From Psammoneis japonica (Eukaryota): DNA of 64,000 nucleotides. This document shows, piece by piece, positions 49,486 to 60,479 of this stretch; position 1 is the stretch's first letter, and every line of letters begins with the position of its first letter. The notes under the pieces were generated by a model. It was not told the DNA's origin. It did no database searches and was given only the letters and a program-made list of their open reading frames with translations. The stretch spans positions 62,001 to 126,000 of the forward strand of contig QPGO01000152.1 of the NCBI GenBank assembly GCA_008632985.1, read 5' to 3'. A program made the translations under genes and the position numbers.

Positions 49486-52400
49486 CTAAGTGTAGCTCCA
49501 AGAGTGTACAAACAACTGCAGGACTCCACTCCCTTGCAGTTTGTGCCCTGTGTTGGCATTGTTGATGACAAACGGCAGCTGAGTTGCCTTCAGTTGGAAA
49601 GTGTGCCTTTGTTTGTCGCCTTCTTCTAAAGTTAGGTTGGGCTTGGCAATGCAAGCCCTGAAAGCATTTGTTTTTGGCTCAACTAAAAACTTCGCGGGGT
49701 CGATGCTTTTGTTGCAGTGCTCCAATGCAACATGGTCTACCTGACTGGCAAGCACAACAGGAATGCCAATGTTGTTGTCTAAAGTCACCAGTCTTGGCTC
49801 CTGTCCTGGTTTGAGAATGACCTTGTCGACAGTGGCTTGCACTCCATTTGCTTGACCCTTTGCCACATTTTCATTGAAAGGTTTCATGACTCTGCATCTT
49901 CTGTAAATGCGTAAGACTGGATCCATTCTTCCTGATTGCATGACAACATCTCCTTCCCCACAGTTGTTCCAGAAGCTGTTGCAAACCGGAAACAGTTGGT
50001 GGAGTCTTGTGCCATTCTGTGCCTGCAAGTCGTCACTGAAAATCAACATTGAGTCAAGGACGTTTCCATCTCTCCCATGTGGTGTTTTTGCTCTTTTTTC
50101 AAATGGGCCAGTGTCAATTGCATCTCTGTCCTCATTTGCGCATGCAGCACAGCGGAGGTCACTGGGCAGATCATCTTCGTTCTGGACTGCTCGTTTGTCA
50201 ATGTGCTCCATGACCTCAACTGTGCTCCAACCAGTGCGGAATCTCTTGAGCAGTTGTCCCCATGCTGGATCGTTTCTAAACCTGTGCATGCCACGAAGCT
50301 CTGTGCAGCAGTTGATCCACTTGTGAAATTCAGGACATGCATCTTTGCACAGTGGTTTCACTCCTTTTCCGACTGGTTCTAGTTGCCTGAGGTCACCTGC
50401 AAAAACAATGTTGATGCCACCGCACAGATTCCTTGGTTTGCTTTTCAACACTGTCAAATTCTTGTGGAGCTTCTCTGGTTCTCTCTTGCTTGCAAAAGAT
50501 GTCTCATCTGCCACCAGAAGTCTCGTGTCCGACCAGGCTTCAATTTGCTCTTCGGTCATTTGCTTTCTTCTCATGAGGTGTGCAACTCCGTGGATTGTGT
50601 CCCCTTTGAGAACAGTCGCAGCCACTCCGGTCAGTGCAGTTGTTCTGATTGTGCTTGTTGTGAACGGCTGCTTGACAAGCGAGCAATGCTCTCTGCTGCA
50701 TTCCACGATGAGGTCTGTTGTGGTTGATTTGCCACTTCCACCTGCACCATGCAAAAAACACACAAGTTGCAACGTTCTACGCCTTTGCACTTCCACGAGT
50801 CTCTTCAATCAACAAAGGTTTGTTGCGAACTCGTGTCTGCTGTTTCTTCCATCAAGTCCATTGCCTGACGTCTCGTCTTGAAGGGCATCTTGGCAGCAAG
50901 TGAGTGCAAAGGTTCCTGCCAGAATTTCAAAGGCACACTGCTGTTGCCTGTCCAGTCTTGCTTTCCCAGCCCAGTCTGCGTCACTTGCTGCAGATCCGTT
51001 TGCTTGACATGCATCAACATGTTCCTCCAAACCTGTTGCATCCTCAAACGACCTTCTTGTTCTTTGTGTTCTAGTCAGTGTCACTCGAACAATGTCGTCT
51101 CTTGACAGAGTTCTGCTGTGCATGTCTTGTTCTGCTCCTCCATTCTGCTCCTCGTCATTGGTGTCATCGCCACCCTCTAGAATCTCAAAAAGTTGTTGTT
51201 CATCAACCTGGCTTTCCTCATCTGGTGGGTCAGTGTGCATGTCTGCCAAGCATTTGTGACCACCCATGTGTGGACCTTTCTGTCTTGCACATTCACTGCT
51301 CAAATGCACAGGAATGACTGCTTTGTTGCTCAACCCAATGTCATCGTGTTCTGGCTGCTCTGCCATTTCTTCCAAGAGTGCATCCAGCAGTTGGCCCTGA
51401 ACGGCGCCTGAAAGACCTTCTTCCTCGTCACTTTTGCAACAGTCAAATGCAACGTCAGCAGGTTTAAATTGCTCCGTGTTTCTTTGCAGCTTGTCAGATG
51501 TGCTCTTAAGACAAAGACAGTTGGACTCAGCATCCTGCAGGTTCTGCAAGAAGTTCAAGTTTTCCTCTGCAATGACACCGGCTGCTGCGGACAGCTGGAA
51601 TTCACGCAGGCATGTGTGGCCCACTGGTTTGAGCTCCGTCATTGTTCTGTAAGGCGCAAACAAGGCCAGTGCCAATTTGCAGTGCAATTCTTTATCTGGT
51701 GTGGTTGGTTGCTGCAGATCCATTGGGGAACTGCCAAACTTGGCTGCATTGGGAAAATCACACTGAAGTGCTTTTGACAATTGTGGTTGCTCCCGTTGTC
51801 TGACACCTTGAAGAAACTCATTCTTTGTTGAATTGCAAGACGGGTGCCTGTGCGCTTTGTTGTCAAACATCATCATGCCGTGTTCGTTTTTCCTTGTGTT
51901 GCAAAGAACTTTGCATTCACTGAAAAATGCAAATGGACTGAGATTCTCCAGTGATGTTGGACAACATGGGCAGTGCAAGGCCTGGCATTGGAAGAACGGC
52001 GCATCGCCAAAATGGGCTACAGTCGCAGACACTTCGTCTCTTTCTAGTGTGCTGACAATGTCTTTCAAGGGGCACCATGCGGTCAAATGAGATTCGATGA
52101 AACGGCTTCCATTCCTTGTCATGTAAGATGCAAGTGGTGGTCCAATGACACTCATCTTGTTGTGCAAGCAAGCACCCCATGTGAGATGTCTGATTGCTTC
52201 CAATGCATCAGACGCGTGTTTCCGTAATTCCGTTGCTGTCCTGTTTGTAGTTCGAAGCACTTTGTCACACGTTGCAGCATCATCCTTCTGAGTGTCTTTT
52301 AGGATGTACTTGATCGTGTGTTGAGTGGACGGACCAGGCATCAACAAAGCAATGTTTGTGTTGCATGTCAGTTTCGATCTGCTTGTTGCAGGGCATGGCA

Positions 52401-53300
52401 TGCTTTGAAAAGCATCGCACTTTCTCCTCTTCAGAACAACTTCCTTCACGTGCCGACACGCAAAAGTTCCATCCCAGCTGAACCACTTTATCTGAGTGTC
52501 GTCTGCGTTCCTTGTTAAATTTTCTCAACACGAAGCAGCTGGTTGCCTGTGACGGCAGTCACCTGGTTTGAGCTCTTCTCGTTTCCTCTTCCGTGACTGC
52601 ACGTCCAGTTCCTCGTGTGGGTTTTTTTTACGCATTTTACGCAACTCTGCGCATTTGGGAAAACACGACTTCGTAACGTGCATGTGATGGTTGTAAGCTG
52701 CATCTGGCATGCATGCCTCCATTGTCCCCTGCGGACCACTTTGTTGGCACTGCACACACATTGCTTTTAGTCACTTTGCATGGTTGTCTGGACAGCAAGT
52801 CAGGCCAGGCACACGGTGTTGTGACTGTAAAAAGCTTTCTACAAACTCGACGTTTGTCCAGCACTTGGTGCAGTGACGACAACAAGCAAACATCCCGTTC
52901 TTTGACTGCTGGCCATCTTTGTGCCTCAGGTTTCTCAGCTGTTGGTCATCTGCCACTTTTGGGGAGCTGCAATGCCGTTTTGGCACTGCACAGTCATGAT
53001 CAAATGCTTCACGAAATGCGTTGGTGCTAAACTCCTCACCAGAGATTAATTCTGTGCTGCAGATCTTCTGAGCTGTGTTGGCAAGGCACTCAGCACCTTC
53101 GCGTCTGATCTGTCTTATTTGCAAATGAAGTTTCTCTCTTGCATTGTTGATCAATGCGAGCCAGGTCTGCATGTGTCCATGCACTGTCAGACGTCCCTGC
53201 TCCTCAACTGCAGCTAAAAAGGCGGCTGGCCTGCCAATGTAGAAGTTAAAGTTTTCTCTTGGTTGGTTGGCACAAACACGGGAGTTGGCCTTGTCCATCT
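49486..53300 (-). mobile_element. Degenerate Helitron RepHel coding region
   Basis: HUH motif VEEQGRLTVHGHMQTW (53208-53161), HTIKYILK (YxxKYxxK), PIF1 helicase motifs GAGGSGKS, LLVADETSF, GGINIVFAGDLRQLEPV, MHRF, TGHKLQG; frameshifts; termini not resolved. Confidence 0.9.
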
Positions 53301-53469
53301 TGGTTTAAGCTGTTGCTTCATCTTGACAAGTTCAAAGCAGTTGCCCATCAAAAGCAGTTGATTTTTCCTCTTTCTTAGTTGGCTGGTTGCAACCAGGGCG
53401 AGTTCCGGTCACCGCAACAGGGGCATGCTTCACGACCGGTGCAGTCCGATCACCGTGAAGGCTGCAATC

Positions 53470-53880
53470 GGTGCTGTCCAATCACCACAGCTCTGTGTGT
53501 TTTCTCACCACCTGTGTGATCAAGTTGCTGTGAGTGCTGCGACTGGTGTCATCCAGTCACCACAGTCAATTTGTCCAGTTGATTGACGAACTGCGTCGGT
53601 GCTGTCCGTTCACCGCAGCGATGTGTCATTTTCTCACCACCTGTGCAATCAGGTTGCTGTGAGTGCTGCGACTGGTGTTGTCCAGTCACTGCAGCCAAGT
53701 GGACTGGTTGATTGACGAACTGCATCGGTGCCATCCGATCACCACAGCACAGTGTCGTGTTCTCACGACCTGTGCGATCAGGTCTCTGTGAGAGCTGCGA
53801 CTGGTGTCATCCAGTCACCGCAGCTGAGCTTGTGCGTTGTCTCACAACCTGCACTGCCAGGTCACTGTGAGAACTGAGAA
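53470..53880. repeat. Degenerate tandem repeat, ~128-bp unit x3
   Basis: ctgtgag(t/a)gctgcgactggtgt..tccagtcac recurs near 53530, 53660 and 53790. Confidence 0.8.
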
Positions 53881-54742
53881 CTGCAATTGGTGTGGCCCGA
53901 TCACTGTAGTTGGATGCTTTTTGTTTCCCTTTGCGCAAAGGTTTTGTCACAAAAAGTGAGACGAAAGTGTGCCTCTTTCACCTTGACAAAACAAGCGATG
54001 CATGCGTTCCTCCCATGCACTTGTTTGCACCAGACATGCAACATCCTGCTAAATTTTGTCAATGTTGAACATCCCAAGGGGCAAGATTCGGATCTTGTTC
54101 AAGTTGTTTTGGCAATCTGCATTGAACATCCCATGGGGTACATTTCGGATCTTGTTCAAGTTGTTTCGGCAACCTGCATGGTGGGCATCGGCTGCGCAAA
54201 TTCCGCAGAACTGCACTTTAATGAGTCGCGGGGCAGTTGAGTTGGTCGTGGGGCAATGGCATGCAATTGACGTCATTCGGGTTTCCAACGCGCACGCAAA
54301 TCCTCCAATTGGGTGATGGGGCCACTGGTGCCAGCGATGACGTCGACTCGTTTAGATTTCGTGTGCGATGGCCATGCGCGAATTTTTCAAACACGGCGTG
54401 CTAACTCCACCTGTGTGCCAAGTGATGTAGAAAGTCATTTTAAACAGACACTGAGATGCGTTGATTTGTCAAGACGCGTTTAGGTGGGAGAAAATCCGTT
54501 TTGAAACTGAGCCTGCTTCTCATCGTTGCCGCACTTGCACACCCGTGTAATTTGAGCGCACAAGCTGGCACGGCATGTGACGCACTTCTACACGTGAACT
54601 CGCACCAAGATTGCCGTGGGATGATCCTCCCTCCACGGACCCAAAAACGGCGCGACAACACTTCCGTCATCATTTTGAAAGCACTTCACCTTGAGACACA
54701 CCAAGCATGGGGGGTTGGGACTTGCAGCTCGCAGCCCGACAA

Positions 54743-54936
54743 AAAGCAAATGCTTCTTGCCATTGGGTTTTGACCCAACTCCCCTGGAGTCCACCGGTCC
54801 CTGTCTACAGAGTTTTGCTTTGGGTGCTGTTGAGGCAACGGAAAGCAAATGCTTCTTGCGATTGGGTTTTGACCCAACTCCACTGGAGTCTGCCGGTCCC
54901 TGTCAACAGAGTTTTGCTTTGGGTGCTGTTGAGGCA
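54743..54936. repeat. 99-bp tandem duplication
   Basis: aagcaaatgcttcttgc...gggtgctgttgaggca occurs twice. Confidence 0.9.
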
Positions 54937-55496
54937 CAGAACAGCGTTTGTGAGACGTCAACATCAACCCTGTGTGCCACGGGTTCGACCAGATATCGCG
55001 TTTCCCAACCAAACTGTGAGTTTGTGCAAAATGCGTAAGTTTACCGTCGCGCACTCCATGCGCGCGAATTTTTCAAACGCGGCGTGCTAACTCTACCTGT
55101 GTATTGAGCGACGAAGAAAGCGCGCCCTTACTGCCGGTACGTGGCGCGTCTGTACCTGTATACGTCCGTCTGCACTACGTTCTACCGTACGGTACTACAG
55201 CGCCGTATCAAAACTTCCGACCTATTTTTTCAGCGTTTATCCTAAAATTAGCATTGTGTTTGAATGAGTTAATTTATATTTATTAATTTTAAATACAAGA
55301 ATTGTTCGATCGCCCTCGAAAACGAGAAAATCACTTCCTTTCTTTTCCTTTTTTCTCTTCTTCTGGCTGGGAGGAACTGCTGGATAGGATAACCATAGAG
55401 TGGCGATGACACTCTAGACTCTCTACTCTAGAGAATTGTCCCTCATCGCTCATCGCCCGTCCACGACCAAACATTGAGGAACACTGGAGTTTAACC

Positions 55497-58400
55497 ATGT
55501 CCGATGCCATCGAGTTGCTAAAGCTTGGTGGCGAGCACTACAAACATCAGGATTTTGTAAAAGCTGTGGAATGCTTTCGTCAGGCTGCTGATCAAGGCAG
55601 CATGCACGCGGTTTATAATGTTGGCGTTTGCTGTGTTTATGGACAAGGCGTGGAAAAAAACGAAGCAGAAGCGGTTCGTTTGTACCGTCAAGCTGCGGAT
55701 CAAGGCCACCTCGATGCAATCTATAGTCTTGGCCTTTGCTATGAAAACAGACAAGGCATAGGGGCCCTAGAGAAGGACGAAGAAGAAGCGATTCGGTTAT
55801 ACCGGCAAGCTGCGGATCAAGGCCATCTTGGCGCAATGTCTGCTCTAGGCAACTGCTACTTCGTTGGAAGATGCGTGGAGAAGAATGAGGAAGAAGCGGT
55901 TCGGTTGTACCGTCGAGCTGCGGATCAAGGCCACCTCGATGCAATCTATAATCTTGGCGTTTGTTATGTAAACGGACAAGGCGTAGAGAAGGACAAAGAA
56001 GAAGCAGTTCGGTTGTACCGTCGAGCTGCGGATCAAGGCCACCTCGATGCAATCTATAATCTTGGCGTTTGCTATGTAAACGGACAAGGCGTAGAGAAGG
56101 ACAAAGAAGAAGCGGTTTGGTTGTACCGTCGAGCTGCGGATCAAGGCCACCTCGATGCAATGTATAATCTTGGCGTTTGCTATCGAAACGGACATGGGAT
56201 GCAGAAGGACGAAGAAGAAGCGGTTCGGTTGTACCGTCAAGCTGCGGGTGAAGGCCATCTTGACGCAATGTCTGCTCTAGGCAACTGCCACTTAGTTGGA
56301 AGATGCGTGGAGAAGAACGAGGAAGAAGCGGTTCGGTTGTATCGTCGAGCGGCGGATCAAGGCCACCTCGATGCAATCTATATGCTTGGCTTTTGCTACG
56401 AACAAGGACATGGGATGCAGAAGAACGAAGAAGAAGCGGTTCGGTTGTACCGTCAAGCTGCGGGTGAAGGCCATCTTGACGCAATGTCTGCTTTAGGCAG
56501 CTGCTACGTAGTTGGGAGATGCTTGGAGAAGAACGAGGAGGAAGCGGTTCGGTTGTATCTTCATGCCGCAGATCAAGGCAACACAAATGCAATCTATAAT
56601 CTTGGCATTTGCTATGATAACGGACAAGGCGTAGAGAAGAATGCAACAGAAGCGGCTAGGTTGTTTCGTCGAGCTGCGGAACAAGGCCACCTCGATGCAA
56701 TCTTTTATCTTGGCATTTGCTATGAAAAGGGACAAGGCGTAGAGAAGGGCGAAGAAGAAGCGGTTCGGTTGTACCGTCAAGCCGCGGATCAAGGCCATCT
56801 TCACGCAATGTTTGTTCTAGGCAACTGCTACTTAGTTGGAAGATGCGTGGAGAAGAACGAGGAAGAAGCGGTTCGGTTGTATCGTCGAGCGGCGGATCAA
56901 GGCCACCTCGATGCAATCTATATTCTTGGCTTCTGTTACGAAAATGGACAAGGCGTAGAGAAGGACGGAATAGAAGCGGCTAGGTTGTTTCGTCAAGCTG
57001 CGGATCAAGGCCACCTTAATTCTATTTTTGGCCTTGGAATGGTTTACCTTTTCGGAAATGGTATTCGTCAGGATGTAACGCTCGGTATTGAATTTGTGGA
57101 GAGGGCTGCAATGCAAAAACACCCATCAGCTCTCTCTAATCTGGCGGGCTTCTACTTGGCTGGTTTTGGGGTGAACAGGGACGTCCGTAACGCCAAATCG
57201 CTATGTCACGCTGCTTTGGACGCTGGAAAGGACAATGGCCATGCATCAATGATTCTTGCCGACATTCTCGCCACTTCATTGAATTTGAGCGATCTTGATG
57301 AGGCAAAGGCAGTGATTCTCAACATGCGAGATGGTTCAATCTTCAAGAAATATGGCCTTTGGCTGCTTCCTTTTCTCAAGAAACAGCGACGAAGATTAGC
57401 TTTTGTTTCGTCGCTCCGTACCATGACATTGCACCCCGATAACATTGAGGACATATCCATTCGTCCGGTTGCACTAATTGGTAGGGGGCACTTTGCAAAT
57501 GTATACTTGTGCTGGTTTCTAGATCGATGGGTGGCAGTGAAATATCTTTCTGTCAATCTAATTAACACGGAGGAAGATGTCGCCGATGCAATTATGAATG
57601 AGCGGCTCATTTGCCGCATCACAAGAACTCGCAACCCTCCAGGTGTTGTCAAGTACCTTGGCTTTGTAGATGATTTGCGTCATCAAAACCGTGGGCTTGT
57701 TTTTGAGCTACACGCTGGCATTGATGCAGTTGAAAGCACGGCGCAGCTTAGATTGGAGAGCAAATTTGTTGTAGCCCAAACGGCGGACTGGGATGCACTC
57801 GAGGATTTCACCGAAGACGTCATAACAACTCTTCGTCAGGCAGTGGTTCAACCCAAGGGCTCGTCACCTAGCATGCAGACAATACTTCGAATTCTGTGGG
57901 ACGTTGCGGAAGCAATTGGCGGCTTGCATCTTGTCGGAATTCTGCATCGCGATATTGCAGATCGAAATGTCCTTTGCAACGGCCCGCCTAATTATGATGT
58001 GAAGCTTGCAGACTTTGGTCTGTCAAAACTTGTGGGAATCCCAGAAGCCGAAAATTTAGTTGCAATGTACGTGCAAAAGACCCATTCTGACGCGGCGTTG
58101 TACCCGGCCGCACTCATGGCCCCCGAGACTGTGGTGGCAGAGGGCCCCGTCTATTCCACCGCGTCAGATGTTTGGTCGTTCGGCATGCTTGTTTACCAGT
58201 GCATTACCGGGTCGGATCCATTTGAAGAAATAACTACGCAAAATGATAAACACTACAAGATTATTCAGGCGGAAGTAGTGGCCGCAATTCTTGGTGGTCG
58301 CAAGCCGGATCTTAACAGAATGCGAAAGGGCACACCCGAGAATGTAGTAGAGCTTATGAAGGATTGCTGGGCAATGGATCCCGAGGACAGGCCTTTGGTG

Positions 58401-59954
58401 TCAGATATCATCGTACGTCTTGAGGAGATTGCTGCCGGTCCCTTCATACCATGTCGTCCTGTGATGAGGAAAACAGAGGACATCGAAGAGAAATGGAATG
58501 AAGTTGTCGAGCGTAAATATTACAAGCTTACATTCAATGACATTGAAGCCCAATCCGAATGCGGGCCTTTCGTTGGTGAGTATGTGCGGCAAAAACTCGC
58601 GGATGTTGGCCACGACGTGGCGCCATCGGAGACACTGGGCAGAGATTTGCTGGAAAACCTGGATGTGGATTGCGTGAGACCGTACGATGTTCACATTGTG
58701 CACACTGGCAAGTTCGAGAATGAGCCGGCACAGATTCTGAAGTCGCGGCTGGAGCCCAGGGGATTCCGATGTTGCTTCGGTCAAGGAAACGATGGAAACG
58801 GCGAACGGATGCCAGCCTCGCAACTAAAGTTTGCCCTCGAATCGTGTCGCTACTCCATTTTGCTCATTTCTATGGCATTGTTGCAACGGAGGGATCCTTG
58901 CGAAGAAATCGAATACGTTTCGAAACGAATGGCTTGGATTGATGGACACTGCAAGTGGGAGTCGACTTGGACTGTACTTTTGGATATTTCTTTAGACGAC
59001 TTTGATTCGCACCGCGAGTCTCGTCCATCACTTCCGGACATTCGTCAATGGAAAAACGTGTACCAATACAAAGAAGGCGAGGGCATGTATCGCGACCTAC
59101 CCCTTTTGTTTGATAAACTGAAGGCAGACCTCGTTGAAAATGACAAGAATGAGAGAGCGGTTGAGAAGTGGAAATCCTTCCTCGGACGTTGGGAAAGTAA
59201 CGCAGACTTTCCCAAGTGCTCGCTGGCCTCATCACAACCCAAGTTATGGTCAATCACTTATGAGCAGCTCGTGGGCATTCGCAGCAAGGCAGCTTCACTT
59301 TTTGAAGCTACCTCCTATTCCGAAAAGACAATGCGGGACGTAGTCAAGCACATCGTCAAGCCTTCCTGCAACGATACAGGTAAATCATACGCTCTTCAAT
59401 TGAATCCTAACGGCCTCATGGTGGATGCATTCGTCTCGCATGCTTGGGATGAGCCCTTCGAAGCATTCTTTAATTCTATCCAGAAAACGTTTCGTGAGTG
59501 CGTGAGAAAGCCGAATCTATGGATTTGTTCCTTTGCTCTCTTTCAAGGCGACGACGAAAAGGTGAAGGGGCAGCTTGGCAGCCCTAATGATCGACTTTCA
59601 GACGCGCCGTTTGTGAGGGCCTTGGAGCATGCTTCTACCTTTATAGTGGTTCGAAACTCCATCACGGATGTTTATAATCGTATATGGTGTGTCTGTGAAG
59701 TGATTTATGCGAAAGAGTACCGATTCTACCCGGACAACGCCCGTGTGGCCGGTCCAAACAAATTTTCCAGTTCCAGGTCAAGTTGTATGGATGCGAAATG
59801 CTGGGACGCTAGTGACAAAGAGAGGATCCTCAAGGAGCTGCTCACTCATCATGATCGGGAGGAAATAGATAGCACAATAAATGAAATCCGGGAGCATGAT
59901 TCTGAGACACTTGACCGTGACCAGAACACACTTGACATGTGCACCATTCAATAG
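55497..59954 (+). CDS. Sel1-repeat / TKL-type protein kinase / TIR-like / second TIR-HET-like domain protein
   Basis: 1485-aa intact ORF; ~15 Sel1 repeats; GRGHFA, VAVK, HRDIADRN, DFG, APE; YDVHIVHTG...DPCEEI; FVSHAW...LWIC...RIWCVCE. Confidence 0.88.
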   Translation: MSDAIELLKLGGEHYKHQDFVKAVECFRQAADQGSMHAVYNVGVCCVYGQGVEKNEAEAVRLYRQAADQGHLDAIYSLGLCYENRQGIGALEKDEEEAIRLYRQAADQGHLGAMSALGNCYFVGRCVEKNEEEAVRLYRRAADQGHLDAIYNLGVCYVNGQGVEKDKEEAVRLYRRAADQGHLDAIYNLGVCYVNGQGVEKDKEEAVWLYRRAADQGHLDAMYNLGVCYRNGHGMQKDEEEAVRLYRQAAGEGHLDAMSALGNCHLVGRCVEKNEEEAVRLYRRAADQGHLDAIYMLGFCYEQGHGMQKNEEEAVRLYRQAAGEGHLDAMSALGSCYVVGRCLEKNEEEAVRLYLHAADQGNTNAIYNLGICYDNGQGVEKNATEAARLFRRAAEQGHLDAIFYLGICYEKGQGVEKGEEEAVRLYRQAADQGHLHAMFVLGNCYLVGRCVEKNEEEAVRLYRRAADQGHLDAIYILGFCYENGQGVEKDGIEAARLFRQAADQGHLNSIFGLGMVYLFGNGIRQDVTLGIEFVERAAMQKHPSALSNLAGFYLAGFGVNRDVRNAKSLCHAALDAGKDNGHASMILADILATSLNLSDLDEAKAVILNMRDGSIFKKYGLWLLPFLKKQRRRLAFVSSLRTMTLHPDNIEDISIRPVALIGRGHFANVYLCWFLDRWVAVKYLSVNLINTEEDVADAIMNERLICRITRTRNPPGVVKYLGFVDDLRHQNRGLVFELHAGIDAVESTAQLRLESKFVVAQTADWDALEDFTEDVITTLRQAVVQPKGSSPSMQTILRILWDVAEAIGGLHLVGILHRDIADRNVLCNGPPNYDVKLADFGLSKLVGIPEAENLVAMYVQKTHSDAALYPAALMAPETVVAEGPVYSTASDVWSFGMLVYQCITGSDPFEEITTQNDKHYKIIQAEVVAAILGGRKPDLNRMRKGTPENVVELMKDCWAMDPEDRPLVSDIIVRLEEIAAGPFIPCRPVMRKTEDIEEKWNEVVERKYYKLTFNDIEAQSECGPFVGEYVRQKLADVGHDVAPSETLGRDLLENLDVDCVRPYDVHIVHTGKFENEPAQILKSRLEPRGFRCCFGQGNDGNGERMPASQLKFALESCRYSILLISMALLQRRDPCEEIEYVSKRMAWIDGHCKWESTWTVLLDISLDDFDSHRESRPSLPDIRQWKNVYQYKEGEGMYRDLPLLFDKLKADLVENDKNERAVEKWKSFLGRWESNADFPKCSLASSQPKLWSITYEQLVGIRSKAASLFEATSYSEKTMRDVVKHIVKPSCNDTGKSYALQLNPNGLMVDAFVSHAWDEPFEAFFNSIQKTFRECVRKPNLWICSFALFQGDDEKVKGQLGSPNDRLSDAPFVRALEHASTFIVVRNSITDVYNRIWCVCEVIYAKEYRFYPDNARVAGPNKFSSSRSSCMDAKCWDASDKERILKELLTHHDREEIDSTINEIREHDSETLDRDQNTLDMCTIQ
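55575..57020 (+). repeat. Highly conserved 108-bp Sel1 coding repeat array
   Basis: gcggatcaaggccacctcgatgcaatcta-type unit repeated at 108-bp spacing. Confidence 0.95.
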
Positions 59955-60479
59955 AATGAAATATGGAGAACAAGTTGAGTGCATGCCAATGAGGTTGTCA
60001 CCCGAAGCCATGTTGGATGAACGTCACAAGCCAACCAGAGAGCAACACAAACTCTCCAGTGTCAAGATGAGTTACCCTTTGGAACATTTACGATGATTGG
60101 CAACAGAAAAGGCGACAATCGAATGATGCAACCAACATGTTTGGAGTCAGCAAACGAACGCTTTCTTGTCCGGTCCGGAACTTTATACAACACGCTTTCC
60201 AACCTCAACACAGACTAGATGATGGCTGCGTGGAGAGTTCCTCAACATCGCTGGCTGCTCTCCAATAAACCTTTAGATAACAAAAAGTGCCGCTTGAGCC
60301 ACGTGACGACATTCTCAACTCAGCACCGTGCCCTCATCTTCGTGTCAAGTTGCACGTTGAAACAGTGCTCTCATCGGCAACTGCGAGATACAATGTGTCG
60401 GTTACACCAATGAAACGGCGTGACAAAGTGACGTCAAGTGCTGCAATCTAACAGTGACGCAGCACGGAGACAAGAGACT

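Larger units (their letters stand above)
44570..55030. other. TpA-depleted zone 3 (Helitron plus unidentified remnants)
   Basis: Strong but less complete TA loss, more CpG retained; abrupt edges. Confidence 0.9.

Noticed and set aside
53470..54936. CRISPR-like array
   Set aside because: Long degenerate tandem units with no unique spacers and no cas genes; eukaryotic context
44570..55200. Helitron termini (5' TC, 3' hairpin-CTAG)
   Set aside because: No convincing ends found; a CTAG end would itself have been mutated
55450..56916. Long antisense ORFs over the Sel1 array
   Set aside because: Shadow frames of the 108-bp coding repeat
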